This document shows, one piece after another, positions 1 to 11,600 of a stretch of 64,000 nt of DNA (position 1 is its first letter; each line of letters begins with the position of its first letter). A program made the translations under genes and the position numbers. The notes under the pieces were generated by a model, which worked only from the letters and a program-made list of their open reading frames with translations, ran no database searches and was not told the origin of the DNA. The DNA comes from an uncultured Veillonellaceae bacterium (GTDB lineage: Bacteria > Bacillota > Negativicutes > JARBTT01): assembly GCA_963805085.1 (NCBI GenBank), contig CAWDTA010000003.1, forward strand, positions 192,001 through 256,000, in the 5' to 3' direction.

Positions 1-1
1 G

Positions 2-3000
2 ATACAAGATAGAGCCTTTGAATCTGCAAAATATGATTATTTACCTCTTGCGAAAATACAAGCAGGTACTGAATTAAAGAGAGATTTAATAAATCATGTA
101 TTGATATATGAAAATATTCCTTTTGAAATAAAAAATAATGAAACAGAAAAAGGGACACAGTTTGATATTAAAGCATTCGAAATATCAGAGCAGACAAACT
201 ATAATTTTAATGTTTATGTGATGAGTATCGCAGGCATAGAGATGACTATCAAATTTACCTATAACAACAATATATACGACGAATATCAAGTAAAAAAGAT
301 AGAAGAACATTTCAAGAAGATACTGCAGCAAATAGCCGATAAGCCAGAAGAAAAAATATCATCAATCGAAATACTGTCTGATAGAGAAAAGGAACAAATA
401 CTTGATGAATTTAATAATACAAGAGAATATTATCCGAAAGATAAAACAGTCTATCAACTTTTCGAGGATCAAGTAAAGAAAACGCCGGATAATGTAGCAG
501 TAGTGTTTGAAGAAGATATACTTTCCTACAGACAATTAAATAATAGAGCCAACCAGCTTGCGAGGGTACTGCGAAAAAAAGGTGTGAAGTCAAATAGTAT
601 AGTTGGCATTATGGTAGAAAGATCTCTGGAAATGATCGTAGGTATCATGGGTATATTAAAAGCAGGAGGCACATATTTACCTATAAGTCCTGACTATCCG
701 GAAGAAAGAATATTGTATATGCTAGAGGATAGTAAAACTGACATCATCCTTACAGAGTCGAGCACGGCGCGTAGAATAGATTTTAAAGGCAAAAAATTTA
801 ATTTAGACAATGAGGCGCTGAATAAAGAAAAAACTGAAGATTTAGAAATGGCAGATAGCACATCTGATTTAGCTTATATAATGTATACATCAGGAACAAC
901 AGGAAAGCCAAAAGGAGTAATGATCCCTCATCAAGCATTGACGAATTTCCTCATTACCATGGGCAATAGACCTGGAATAAGTTCAAAAGATAAAATGCTA
1001 GCTGTAACAACATACTGTTTTGATATTGCTGGACTGGAATTATTCTTGCCTCTGATTAATGGTGCTCAATGCTGTATCTGTAGTACAGAAAAGACAAAAG
1101 ATGTGGAGAAGCTAAAACAAGAAATAAAAAGGGTAAAACCAACAATTATGCAAGCTACGCCGGTTACCTGGACAATGCTCTATCAGGCTGGATGGGAGAA
1201 TGAAGAAAAAACGAAAATCCTTTGTGGGGGCGAAGCACTTCCAGATAGATTAAAAAAATATTTTATTGATACCGGTAGTGATGTTTGGAATATGTTTGGT
1301 CCGACGGAGACAACTATTTGGTCGACTACTCAACAGATCAAAGAGAAAGAACCGATAAGTATTGGAAAGCCTATAGCAAATACGCAAATATATATACTGG
1401 ATAAGGATCTAAAACCTGCGCCGGTCGGTATTATGGGAGAATTATATATAGCAGGCGATGGGGTGGCTAGAGGGTATTTAAATAAACCAGAACTTACAGC
1501 AGAAAGATTCATTCAGAATCCTTTTAATGAAGAAACAAAACTCTATAAAACAGGCGATGTAGCCCGTTGGCTTTCCAATGGCAATATTGAGTTTATAGGA
1601 CGCATTGATCATCAAGTAAAGATACGAGGGTTCCGTATTGAATTGGGTGAAATTGAAAGCCAACTTAACAAGCATCAAGAGATAAAAGATAGTGTTGTAG
1701 TTGTGAAGGAACATGCAGGAATTAAACAGCTTGTAGCCTATTTTGTTCGAACCTATAATGATTGTAAGAACGAAGGCGAGGATAGGGCATTACTAGATGC
1801 ACAAATATTGCGTGACTATTTGCAAATGACTCTGCCTAACTATATGATTCCTGGAATGTTCGTGGAACTTGAAGCTATTCCCTTAACTTCCAATGAAAAG
1901 ATAGACAGAAAAGAATTAATGAGTCGAAAAATTGTGTTTACCGGGACTAAAAAAGAATCCCTTCCAAAATCAGCAATTGAAGAAAAAGTTTTAGAAATTT
2001 GGAAGGAAGTTCTTAATAGCGACGACATCAGTACAGAAGATGGGTTTTTTGAAGTGGGAGGAGACTCTTTTTCAGCAGTAAGTGTATCGGAAAAGATCAA
2101 GAATAATCTTAATTGCGATTTTAATGTAACGACATTATTTAAGTACTCCAATATTAAAGAAATCAGTAGATATATTACAGAAGTTAAAGAAAAAATTGCT
2201 GAATCTGCTGTAGAATCGAATGCGGGAACTGTCTTTGATGATTCCCATAAGGAGTCAATGTCTTTGAAAAAGGATGTAGAAGCACAAGTAATCCCTGATT
2301 ATTATGAAGAAAGTTTAGCCATTGTCGGCATTTCCTGTCAAGTCCCGGGAGCAAAAAACCATTATGAATTTTGGGGAAATTTAAGACAAGGTAAAGAAAG
2401 CACTAAATTTTTCACGAAAGAAGAACTTTACGCTTTTAGCCTGCCAGAAGAAATTGTTGAGAACCCTGACTATATTCCTGTGCAATCAGCAATAGAAGGA
2501 AAAGATCTGTTTGATCCGGGCTTCTTCAATATATCTCCCCGGGAAGTGGTATTAATGGATCCTCAAATGAGGAGCTTGCTGATTCATTCATGGAAAGCTC
2601 TGGAGGATGCGGGGTATGTTCCCGGACAGATTCCTGATACAAGTGTGTTTATGTCTGCAAGCAATAATTTTTATCAAGCATCAGCAATGACTCCTGCAAC
2701 ATTTCAAGTAACAAGAAATGTAAATGAATACATGGCTTGGATTTTGGGACAAGGCGGTACCATTCCCACCATGATTTCTTATAAACTAGGTTTAAAAGGA
2801 CCTAGTTTCTTTGTACATTCCAATTGTTCCTCAGCTTTAGCCGGATTATACTCAGCTTACCATAGTCTAATGTCGGGGGAAGTAAAGCATGCGCTGGTTG
2901 GAGCAGCCACCATATCGGCTGCGTCCAGCTTGGGGTATGTGCATCAACACGGATTGAATTTTTCCAGTGATGGACACATAAAAACCTTTGATGCTTCCGC

Positions 3001-5578
3001 CGATGGGATGATAGGAGGTGAAGGGGTTGCCGTTCTTCTACTTAAAAGAGCAGATGATGCAGTTAAAGATGGAGACCATATTTATGCTATTCTCAGAGGA
3101 ATTGGTATAAACAATGACGGGGCAGATAAAGTAGGCTTTTATGCTCCTAGTGTTAAAGGCCAGGTTGAGGTAATTGAAAAGGTATTGGATTCCAAAAAAA
3201 TTAATCCCGAATCAATTGGCTATGTTGAGGCTCATGGTACTGGAACAACAATAGGAGACTCTATAGAATTCGCTGCATTGAATGAAGTTTATCGAAAATA
3301 TACAACCCAAAAGCAATTTTGTGGACTGGGATCTGTTAAACCAAATATAGGACATTTAGACACTGCTTCAGGTTTGGCTGGATGTATCAAAGTTGCAATG
3401 ATTTTACAAAATAATGAAATTCCGCCATCAATAAATTATAGAGAACCAAATCCTATTTTTGAGTTAGATAAGTCACCATTTTATATTGTTAATAGACTTA
3501 AAAAATGGGAACAAAATACAGTTCCACATAGAGCAGCACTCAGCTCATTTGGCGTTGGTGGAACCAATACCCATGTAATCTTTGAACAATATCCGGTTGC
3601 TAAAGCATCGCCAAATATTGACCTAGGATATGAACCCAATAGTGTAGCTATTATTCCCCTATCTGCAAAAAATAATGATCGCCTTAAAGCCTACGCCAAA
3701 AAACTATTAGATTTTCTAAACAGGAATCCGAAAAATAAATCTGATGTCAATTTAATTGACTTGGCCTATACCTTTCAGGTAGGTAGAGAAGCAATGGATA
3801 GCAGAGTAATCTTTATTGTCAATAACATTGAAAAATTAACGGAAAATTTAAAAAGCTTCATCGATGGGAAAGAAGAAATCGAGGGGTGTTTCAGCGGCGA
3901 AAGAAAAGACGTACAAGATACTGCTAAATTATTGAAATTTGATGAAGATCCCAAAGAATTAATTGACAATTGGTTTGCAAAAGGAAATGTAGAAAAACTA
4001 GGTGAGCTTTGGGTTAATGGTCTGAATTTTGATTGGAATAAGCTATATGGCGATAATAAACCCCGCCGAATCAGCTTACCTACATATCCATTTACCGGTA
4101 GGCGCTACTGGATAACGGCAATAAATGCAGATGTTAACAATAAAATCAGAACTAAATCAATCGTTTCTACGATATCTGACAAACCAAACAGTATTTCTTT
4201 ACAATCTTTATCAAGTGATAAAATAAGTAAATCAGCTGAGCAAGTTGAGCCATCAGTTGCACTAGCGTCGACAAGTACTTTACGAGTACAACCAGAAAAC
4301 AGTTCCAAACCGGTGAGTTATAATCAAACAGCTAATATGGCGGAATCATTGCTAGAAACGCAATATGTAACGCAAAGTTCTGTTGAGCCAGCCGCCACTC
4401 CAGCACAGGTAAAGCAATCGCAGAGTTATATCTCAACAGAAACATTGCAGGAAGAGCTGACAACAAGTTTGGCAGAAGTTTTGTATATGGAACGGAATGA
4501 GGTCGATATTGACAAAAAATTCATTGATTTAGGTTTAGATTCGATTATCGGCGTAGAGTGGGTTAAGGTAATCAACAAACAATATGGCACAGCGATTCCG
4601 GCGACAAAAGTTTATGATTATCCTAGTATTCGCGAATTCACTGAATTCGTAGAATCAGAATTGAACAAACCAGGGGAGCAGTTGCTTAGCGATTCTTTGA
4701 CGACAGAGCAAGCAACGGAAAAAATCCAGATTCAAACCATTGAATTGCCGGCGACAGAAACAACAACTAGCAAGATGTCCACAGCTGAGCGAGTTGCCAC
4801 TCCAGCACAGGCAAAGCAATCGCAGAGTTATATCTCAACAGAAACATTGCAGGAAGAGCTGACAACGAGTTTGGCAGAAGTTTTGTATATGGAACGGAAT
4901 GAGGTCGATATTGACAAAAAATTCATTGATTTAGGTTTAGATTCGATTATCGGCGTAGAGTGGGTTAAGGTAATCAACAAACAATATGGCACAGCGATTC
5001 CGGCGACAAAAGTTTATGATTATCCTAGTATTCGAGAATTCACTGAATTCGTAGAAACAGAATTGAGCAAACCAGGGGAGCAGTTGCTTAGCGATTCTTT
5101 GACGCCAGATCAAGCAACGGAAAGAATCCAGATTCAAACCATTGAATTGCCGGCGACAGAAACAACAACTAGCAAGATGTCCACAGCTGAGCGAGTTGCC
5201 ACTCCAGCACAGGTAAAGCAATCGCAGAGTTATATCTCAACAGAAACATTGCAGGAAGAGCTGACAACAAGTTTGGCAGAAGTTTTGTATATGGAGCGGA
5301 ATGAGGTCGATATTAACAAAAAATTCATTGATTTAGGTTTAGATTCGATTATCGGCGTAGAGTGGGTTAAGGTAATCAACAAGCAATATGGCACAGCGAT
5401 TCCGGCGACAAAAGTTTATGATTATCCTAGTATTCGCGAATTCACTGAATTCGTAGAAACAGAATTGCATATTTCCACTCCAGCCATTTCCTTCGATGAA
5501 ATACTAAATCAAGTATATCAAGGAACTTTAGATGCTAAACTTGCTACTACCATCCTTCAACAGTTGAAGGAGAAATAA
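2..5578 (+). CDS. Hybrid NRPS/trans-AT PKS, 5'-partial: C (C-terminal part)-A (probably Gly)-PCP-KS-ACP-ACP-ACP (beta-branching type)
   Basis: The frame is open from base 2 (IQDRAFESAKYDYLPLAKIQ...), so the TTG at 101 is not the true start. A motifs: YTSGTTGKPKG, FDIAGLELFLP, NMFGPTETTIW, YKTGD. PCP GGDSF. KS SNCSS/HGTGT/GHLD. Three ACPs GLDSIIGVEW. The A-PCP-KS part resembles the Gly module and KS1 of bacillaene PksJ/BaeJ. Confidence 0.95.
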   Translation: MQDRAFESAKYDYLPLAKIQAGTELKRDLINHVLIYENIPFEIKNNETEKGTQFDIKAFEISEQTNYNFNVYVMSIAGIEMTIKFTYNNNIYDEYQVKKIEEHFKKILQQIADKPEEKISSIEILSDREKEQILDEFNNTREYYPKDKTVYQLFEDQVKKTPDNVAVVFEEDILSYRQLNNRANQLARVLRKKGVKSNSIVGIMVERSLEMIVGIMGILKAGGTYLPISPDYPEERILYMLEDSKTDIILTESSTARRIDFKGKKFNLDNEALNKEKTEDLEMADSTSDLAYIMYTSGTTGKPKGVMIPHQALTNFLITMGNRPGISSKDKMLAVTTYCFDIAGLELFLPLINGAQCCICSTEKTKDVEKLKQEIKRVKPTIMQATPVTWTMLYQAGWENEEKTKILCGGEALPDRLKKYFIDTGSDVWNMFGPTETTIWSTTQQIKEKEPISIGKPIANTQIYILDKDLKPAPVGIMGELYIAGDGVARGYLNKPELTAERFIQNPFNEETKLYKTGDVARWLSNGNIEFIGRIDHQVKIRGFRIELGEIESQLNKHQEIKDSVVVVKEHAGIKQLVAYFVRTYNDCKNEGEDRALLDAQILRDYLQMTLPNYMIPGMFVELEAIPLTSNEKIDRKELMSRKIVFTGTKKESLPKSAIEEKVLEIWKEVLNSDDISTEDGFFEVGGDSFSAVSVSEKIKNNLNCDFNVTTLFKYSNIKEISRYITEVKEKIAESAVESNAGTVFDDSHKESMSLKKDVEAQVIPDYYEESLAIVGISCQVPGAKNHYEFWGNLRQGKESTKFFTKEELYAFSLPEEIVENPDYIPVQSAIEGKDLFDPGFFNISPREVVLMDPQMRSLLIHSWKALEDAGYVPGQIPDTSVFMSASNNFYQASAMTPATFQVTRNVNEYMAWILGQGGTIPTMISYKLGLKGPSFFVHSNCSSALAGLYSAYHSLMSGEVKHALVGAATISAASSLGYVHQHGLNFSSDGHIKTFDASADGMIGGEGVAVLLLKRADDAVKDGDHIYAILRGIGINNDGADKVGFYAPSVKGQVEVIEKVLDSKKINPESIGYVEAHGTGTTIGDSIEFAALNEVYRKYTTQKQFCGLGSVKPNIGHLDTASGLAGCIKVAMILQNNEIPPSINYREPNPIFELDKSPFYIVNRLKKWEQNTVPHRAALSSFGVGGTNTHVIFEQYPVAKASPNIDLGYEPNSVAIIPLSAKNNDRLKAYAKKLLDFLNRNPKNKSDVNLIDLAYTFQVGREAMDSRVIFIVNNIEKLTENLKSFIDGKEEIEGCFSGERKDVQDTAKLLKFDEDPKELIDNWFAKGNVEKLGELWVNGLNFDWNKLYGDNKPRRISLPTYPFTGRRYWITAINADVNNKIRTKSIVSTISDKPNSISLQSLSSDKISKSAEQVEPSVALASTSTLRVQPENSSKPVSYNQTANMAESLLETQYVTQSSVEPAATPAQVKQSQSYISTETLQEELTTSLAEVLYMERNEVDIDKKFIDLGLDSIIGVEWVKVINKQYGTAIPATKVYDYPSIREFTEFVESELNKPGEQLLSDSLTTEQATEKIQIQTIELPATETTTSKMSTAERVATPAQAKQSQSYISTETLQEELTTSLAEVLYMERNEVDIDKKFIDLGLDSIIGVEWVKVINKQYGTAIPATKVYDYPSIREFTEFVETELSKPGEQLLSDSLTPDQATERIQIQTIELPATETTTSKMSTAERVATPAQVKQSQSYISTETLQEELTTSLAEVLYMERNEVDINKKFIDLGLDSIIGVEWVKVINKQYGTAIPATKVYDYPSIREFTEFVETELHISTPAISFDEILNQVYQGTLDAKLATTILQQLKEK
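4394..5468 (+). repeat. Tandem ~402-bp near-identical repeats (about 2.7 copies), each encoding a linker plus a beta-branching ACP
   Basis: gccactccagcacagg recurs at 4394, 4796 and 5198 (period 402 nt, 134 aa). Only scattered substitutions between copies. Confidence 0.95.
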
Positions 5579-5642
5579 AATATACACGGAGTATATTAGT
5601 AAAATCATCTACGTCAAGGATTTTCAAAGGAGGATTATTAAT

Positions 5643-8600
5643 ATGGATTATGAACAGATTTTACGTTCATTGCAAGCAAGGAAGATAAGTCCTGCAGATG
5701 CTAAAAAAGCATTAACATTACTAAATAAGGTACCTGAACAATCTTCAGTGATCCAGTCATCTGGAATATCTAATACACAAACTTTTTCCTTACAAGCGCC
5801 AAGTCAGAAAAAATTGCAATCAGTAACAAATAAAGATACAGCAAAAGAAATAGTAAATTTGTCACCGAAAAGAATAAATGTACCTAAAACGATTACTAAT
5901 CCTATTCCTCAAATTAATTCAGAAGCATCTGATTGTAAAGAAGCCATAGCCATTGTTGGAATGTCTGGCAGATATCCTGACGCAAATAATGTGAGTCAAT
6001 ATTGGGATAATTTACTTAATGCCAGAAATTCGATCAAAGAAATACCTAAATCTCGATGGGATGTAAGTCAGTATTATGACTCTCGACAATATCAGAAGGG
6101 GAAGGTATATTGCAAATGGCTTGGAATGTTAGATGATATAGAGTGTTTCGATCCATTGTTTTTTAATATTTCCCCGGCAGAAGCCGAAAGTATGGATCCG
6201 CAACATCGTCTTTTTTTGCAAGAAGGATATAGGGCATTTGAAGATGCTGGGTTTAATTGTCAGTCATTAAGTAAGAAAAATTGTGGTGTATATCTTGGGA
6301 TTATGAGTTGTGAATATAGCGCTGTGTTTGCGAAAAGTCAAGGGGGAGAAAATGTTGGCTCAACTGATCAAAGCTATTCTATAGCGGCGGCGCGTATTCC
6401 TTATTTTCTTAATCTTAAAGGGCCTGCAATACCGATTGATACAGCATGCTCCTCCTCTTTAGTGGCGACTCATTTAGCTTGCCAGGCATTATCAACCCAC
6501 GACATTGACATGGCATTAGTTGGCGGTGTAACTCTATACCTAATACCAGAGTCATATATCAGTATGTGTGCAGCTGGTATGCTGTCACCAGAGGGACAAT
6601 GTAAAGCCTTTGATAATGGCGCTAATGGCTTTGTTCCAGGCGAAGGTGTTGGCACATTGGTGTTAAAGAGATTAAAAGACGCTGAGGCCGATGGTGATCA
6701 TATTTATGGTGTTATCATTGGTTCAGGAATCAACCAGGATGGTAAAACAAATGGGATTACCGCTCCTAGTGCCAAGAGTCAAATGGAGTTGGTACGGAGT
6801 ATATACGATAAACACAAAATAAATCCTGAAAGCATCAGTTATGTAGAAATGCATGGAACGGGAACTAAATTAGGCGATCCTATTGAACTAGATGCATTGT
6901 CAACGGTTTTTAAAGAAAAAACAAATAAAAAGAATTTTTGTGCAATCGGTTCTGTTAAAAGCAATATTGGGCATACCTCTGCAGCAGCTGGTGTGGCAGG
7001 TATTCAAAAAGTATTAGCTTGTCTACAGCACAAAAAACTAGTGCCAACATTAAACTTTAAAGTGCCGAATGAACATTTTAATTTTAAAGAATCTCCGTTT
7101 TATGTCAATACTGAATCACGGGTCTGGGAGGCAGTAACAGGGATTCCGCGGCGTGCTTGTGTAAGTGCTTTTGGTTTTAGCGGGACGAACGCACATGTTG
7201 TCATTGAAGAATATCTTCCTCAAAATGCTGTTGCCAGCACACCGATTCCGATCAATACAAACAACCCGATATTATTTGTATTGTCTGCAAAAAGTAAAGA
7301 GCAATTAAAAGTCTATGCAAAGTGCATGAAGAACTGGATTGCATCACAGAAAGACCTAAACCTGACGGATATGGCTTATACCCTTCAAGCAGGCCGGGAA
7401 CCGATGGACTATCGCCTAGCGTTTTTGGCAGATTCGCAAGAGGCTTTGCTCAAAGCATTAACAGGCTTTATTGATAACAAGTCATTGGCAGGCGTTCTAA
7501 CTGATCAGATAAAAAGAGGTAAGGATGAAGTAACTGTCTTTGAAACGGATGAAGACGCCGTATCATTGCTGCAGACTTGGTTCCAAAAAAGAAGGTTTAA
7601 AAAAATAGCGCAGTTATGGGTAAAGGGATTGAACATAGATTGGAACCAACTCTACGGCGATATCAAGCCTCAACGTATCAGTATGCCTACGTATCCCTTT
7701 GCTAAGGAACGGTATTGGGTGACTGAGGGCAGCAGCCAGCCTGCAGGCAACACAGTAATAACCGCGAGACACGCGCCCTTCATTCATCCTCTGCTGCAAC
7801 AAAACACATCGGATTTTAATGAGCAGAGGTTTAGTTCGACCTTCACGGGGCAGGAGTTTTTTCTGACTGATCATGTGGTGCAGGGCCAGCGGGTGTTGCC
7901 CGGGGTTGCCTATCTTGAAATGGTTAGGGCGGCGGTGAAACAGGCAACAGGAGCCTCCTTAGAACAAGGACATACCAGAATTGAACTTAAAAATATAGTA
8001 TGGATCAGGCCTATTGTGGTAGGCAGTGAGCCGGTTAAAATTCACATTGGACTTTTTATAGAAGATAATGGAAAAATTGCCTATGAAATCTATAGTGAGT
8101 CTGTAGCTGACGACGCCGAGGTAGTACTACACAGCCAAGGCAGTGCGCTGCTATGTTCGACGGAAGAAGCTCCTTCCTTGGATCTTAAGGCATTAAAGAC
8201 CAAGTGCGGTCAAAGTAGTCTTTCGTCCGCTAAGTGCTACGAGATCTTTAAGGCGATAGGCATTGATTATGGTCCGGGGCACCAGGGAATTGAGATGGTA
8301 TATGCGGGCTCGGGTCAAGTATTGGCAAAACTTACTTTGCCTGCTTCATTAGCCGACACGCAGGAACAATTTATCCTGCATCCCAGTTTGCTAGATTCAG
8401 CCTTGCAGGCGTCCATCGGCTTTATGATGCTTGATAAAGATGCCAGCAGTGCAAGTTCTTTCAAGCCTGCTGTGCCCTTTGCACTTGATAGCCTTATAAT
8501 ATTTAGCAAATGCACTTCCGTCATGTGGGCTCTGATTAAGTATGGTGATAACAGCGCAAATGGAGACAAGGTGCAAAAATTTAATATCGATTTATGTGAC

Positions 8601-11600
8601 GAACAAGGGAAGGTTTGTGTGCAGTTAAACGGGCTTTCAACAAGAGTATTAGAAAGTGAAACGGGTTCGTTAGCAAACCAGAAAAGTCTCGGGACTTTGA
8701 TGATGGAGTCTGTCTGGCAAGAAAAAGCTGTTGCCCAGGAAGATATAGCTCCCGCCTATATCCAGCATCTGGTGATTCTTTGTGAACAAGGTGGAATTTC
8801 CCCGGATAGTATCGAAAATAGCATGAATGGAGTACACTGCTCTATCTTAGCGACTGAACAACAAGACATAGAGGAACGTTTTTCAGCCTATGCCGTTCAA
8901 GTATTTGAGAAAATTAAAAATATTCTTAAAGAAAAAAACAAGGGAAAAGTATTGATACAGATTGTAGTTTCTACTCAGAAGGAAGTGCAACTCTGCTGTG
9001 CCCTTGCCGGACTGTTGAAAACCGCCCAGCTGGAAAATCCTCAAATAATAGGCCAGATGATTGAAGTAGGGGCTGGGGAAGATGCAGAAAGTATCATAGA
9101 AAAATTGCAAGAGAACAGTTGCTCTCCCTCTGCTAATCAGATTCGCTATCAGGATGGTAGACGTTTGGTTAACGTTTGGAATGAAGTGGAGGAAGCTTCA
9201 ACGGAAGCAGTAAAGATCCCCTGGAAAGATCAGGGGGTCTATTTAATTTCCGGTGGTGCCGGTGGACTAGGGCTTATTTTTGCCCAAGAAATTGTACGTA
9301 AAGTCAAGGATGCAACCTTGATTCTTATGGGACGGTCTCAACTTGATGAAGAGAAGCAAACCAAGCTTAAGGAGTTGGAGTCCCTGGGGGGGCGCATCGT
9401 CTACAGGCAAGTGGATGTTACCAAAAAGAAAGCTGTCGACAACTTAATCCAAAGCATACGGGCTGACTTTGGTGGCATCAATGGCATCATCCATAGCTCT
9501 GGTGTAATTAAAGACAACTTTATCATCAAAAAGACGAAGGAGGAGTTCTTAGAAGTGTTGGCTCCCAAGGTGACCGGATTGGTGTATCTTGATCAGGCAA
9601 CCAAGGGGCAGCCCCTTGACTTTTTTATTATATTTTCTTCTGTGGCGGGAGTTGTTGGCAGTTTGGGACAGGCAGACTATTCAGCTGCCAATGCTTTTAT
9701 GAATGCCTATGCGAAGTATCGCAGCGATTTGACGACTTTAAACCAACGCCACGGTCAAACAATGTCAATCAGTTGGCCGCTGTGGCAAGAAGGCGGGATG
9801 CATGTTGATGTGGAAACCGAAAAGATGATGAGGCAAAACACGGGTATGATTGCCATGCAGACAGCAACCGGCATCCAGGCATTGTACCAAGGCTTGGCAT
9901 CTGGACAGGAGCAGGTCATGGTGATAGAAGGAGAACTTAAGAGGCTCCAAGAAGCAGTACTCTTCAAGCAAAAGGCCGAAACAGAAGCTCTAAAAGCACC
10001 TTATATTATAGAAGAAAACAAAGCGGTACTGTATATTGACCAAGATTCACTCCAGGAAAAAGCTGCGAATTATTTCAAAAGGTTACTATCTTCAGTCATC
10101 AAGCTGCCGGCGCATCGTATTGAAGCAGATGTTCCGATGGAACAATATGGGATAGATTCGATCATGGTCATGCAAATGACCAATCAATTGGAAAAAACAT
10201 TCGGTTCATTGTCAAAAACGTTATTTTTTGAATACCAAAACATTAAAGATTTAACCGGATATTTCTTGGAAGATTATCGCGAACAGCTAATAGAATTATT
10301 AGGATTTGAAGAGAAAACAGCCACGCCCGCCGATCTTCCTCAGGATTTTCCTGTTGTGACAGAGTCAGAAAAACTGGTTGCCAGCAGTCGTCGGCACCGC
10401 TCGCGTTTTGCATCTGTTCGTATGGAAACTCGGGAAGAAAAATCAAGGCGCTTGGATATTGCTATCATTGGTGTTTCCGGACGTTATCCCGGAGCAGAAA
10501 ATATTCGGGAGTTTTGGAAAAATTTACGGGACGGCAAGGATTGTATTACCGAAATTCCTAAAGACCGCTGGGATCACAGTCTGTACTTTGATGAAGATAA
10601 AAATAAACCGTGGAAAAACCTACAGCAAATGGGGTGGATTTCTTGAAGCGGAGTGGATCAATTCGATCCGTTATTTTTCAATATTTCACCCCGGGAAGCG
10701 GAAATCATGGATCCCCAGGAGCGTTTATTCTTGGAGTGTGTCTATGAAACCATGGAGGATGCGGGATATACCCGGGAAGCCCTTGGCTTGCATCAAGGAT
10801 TTGGTCTGGGAGGCAATGTTGGGGTCTATGTAGGGGTGATGTACGAAGAGTACCAACTCTATGGCGCCCAGGAACAGATTCAGGGCAAACCGGTTGCTCT
10901 TGCCGGAAATCCGGCATCGATAGCCAACCGGGTGTCATATTTTTGCAATTTCCATGGCCCCAGCATGGCGGTGGATACCATGTGTTCTTCCTCGTTGACG
11001 GCGATTCATCTGGCTTGTCAAAGCTTGCAACGAGGCGAATGTGAGCTGGCGATTGCGGGCGGTGTCAATGTCTCGATTCATCCCAACAAATATCTTACTG
11101 CTCGGCCAGGGCAAGTTTGTATCAAGCAAGGGGCGGTGTGAAAGCTTCGGGGAAGGAGGTGATGGCTATGTGCCGGGAGAAGGCGTGGGGGCGGTATTCT
11201 TAAACCATTGTCAAAAGCCATTGCCGATGGGGATCACATTTATGGCGTCATCAAAGGGACTGCCATCAATCATGGTGGGAAAACCAATGGATACACAGTT
11301 CCCAACCCCAATGCCCAAGCCGAAGTGATCGGGCAGGCCTTTAAGGAAGCAGGGATCGACTCCACGGGCAATCAGTTATATTGAAGCCCACGGCACCGGA
11401 ACATCTTTGGGAGATCCAATTGAAATCACGGGCTTGACCAAAGCCTTCCAGAAGAATACCCAAGATAAACAGTTCTGCGCCATCGGTTCGGCCAAGTCGA
11501 ACATCGGGCATTGTGAGAGCGCGGCGGGGATTGCCGGGGTTACAAAAGTATTATTGCAGCTTAAATATCGCCAATTGGTGCCTTCATTGCATTCCAAGAT

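Noticed and set aside
4394-5468. Tandem repeats as a CRISPR array or mobile element
   Set aside because: They are in-frame 402-bp units encoding ACP domains. There are no short repeats with unique spacers, no cas genes and no transposase.
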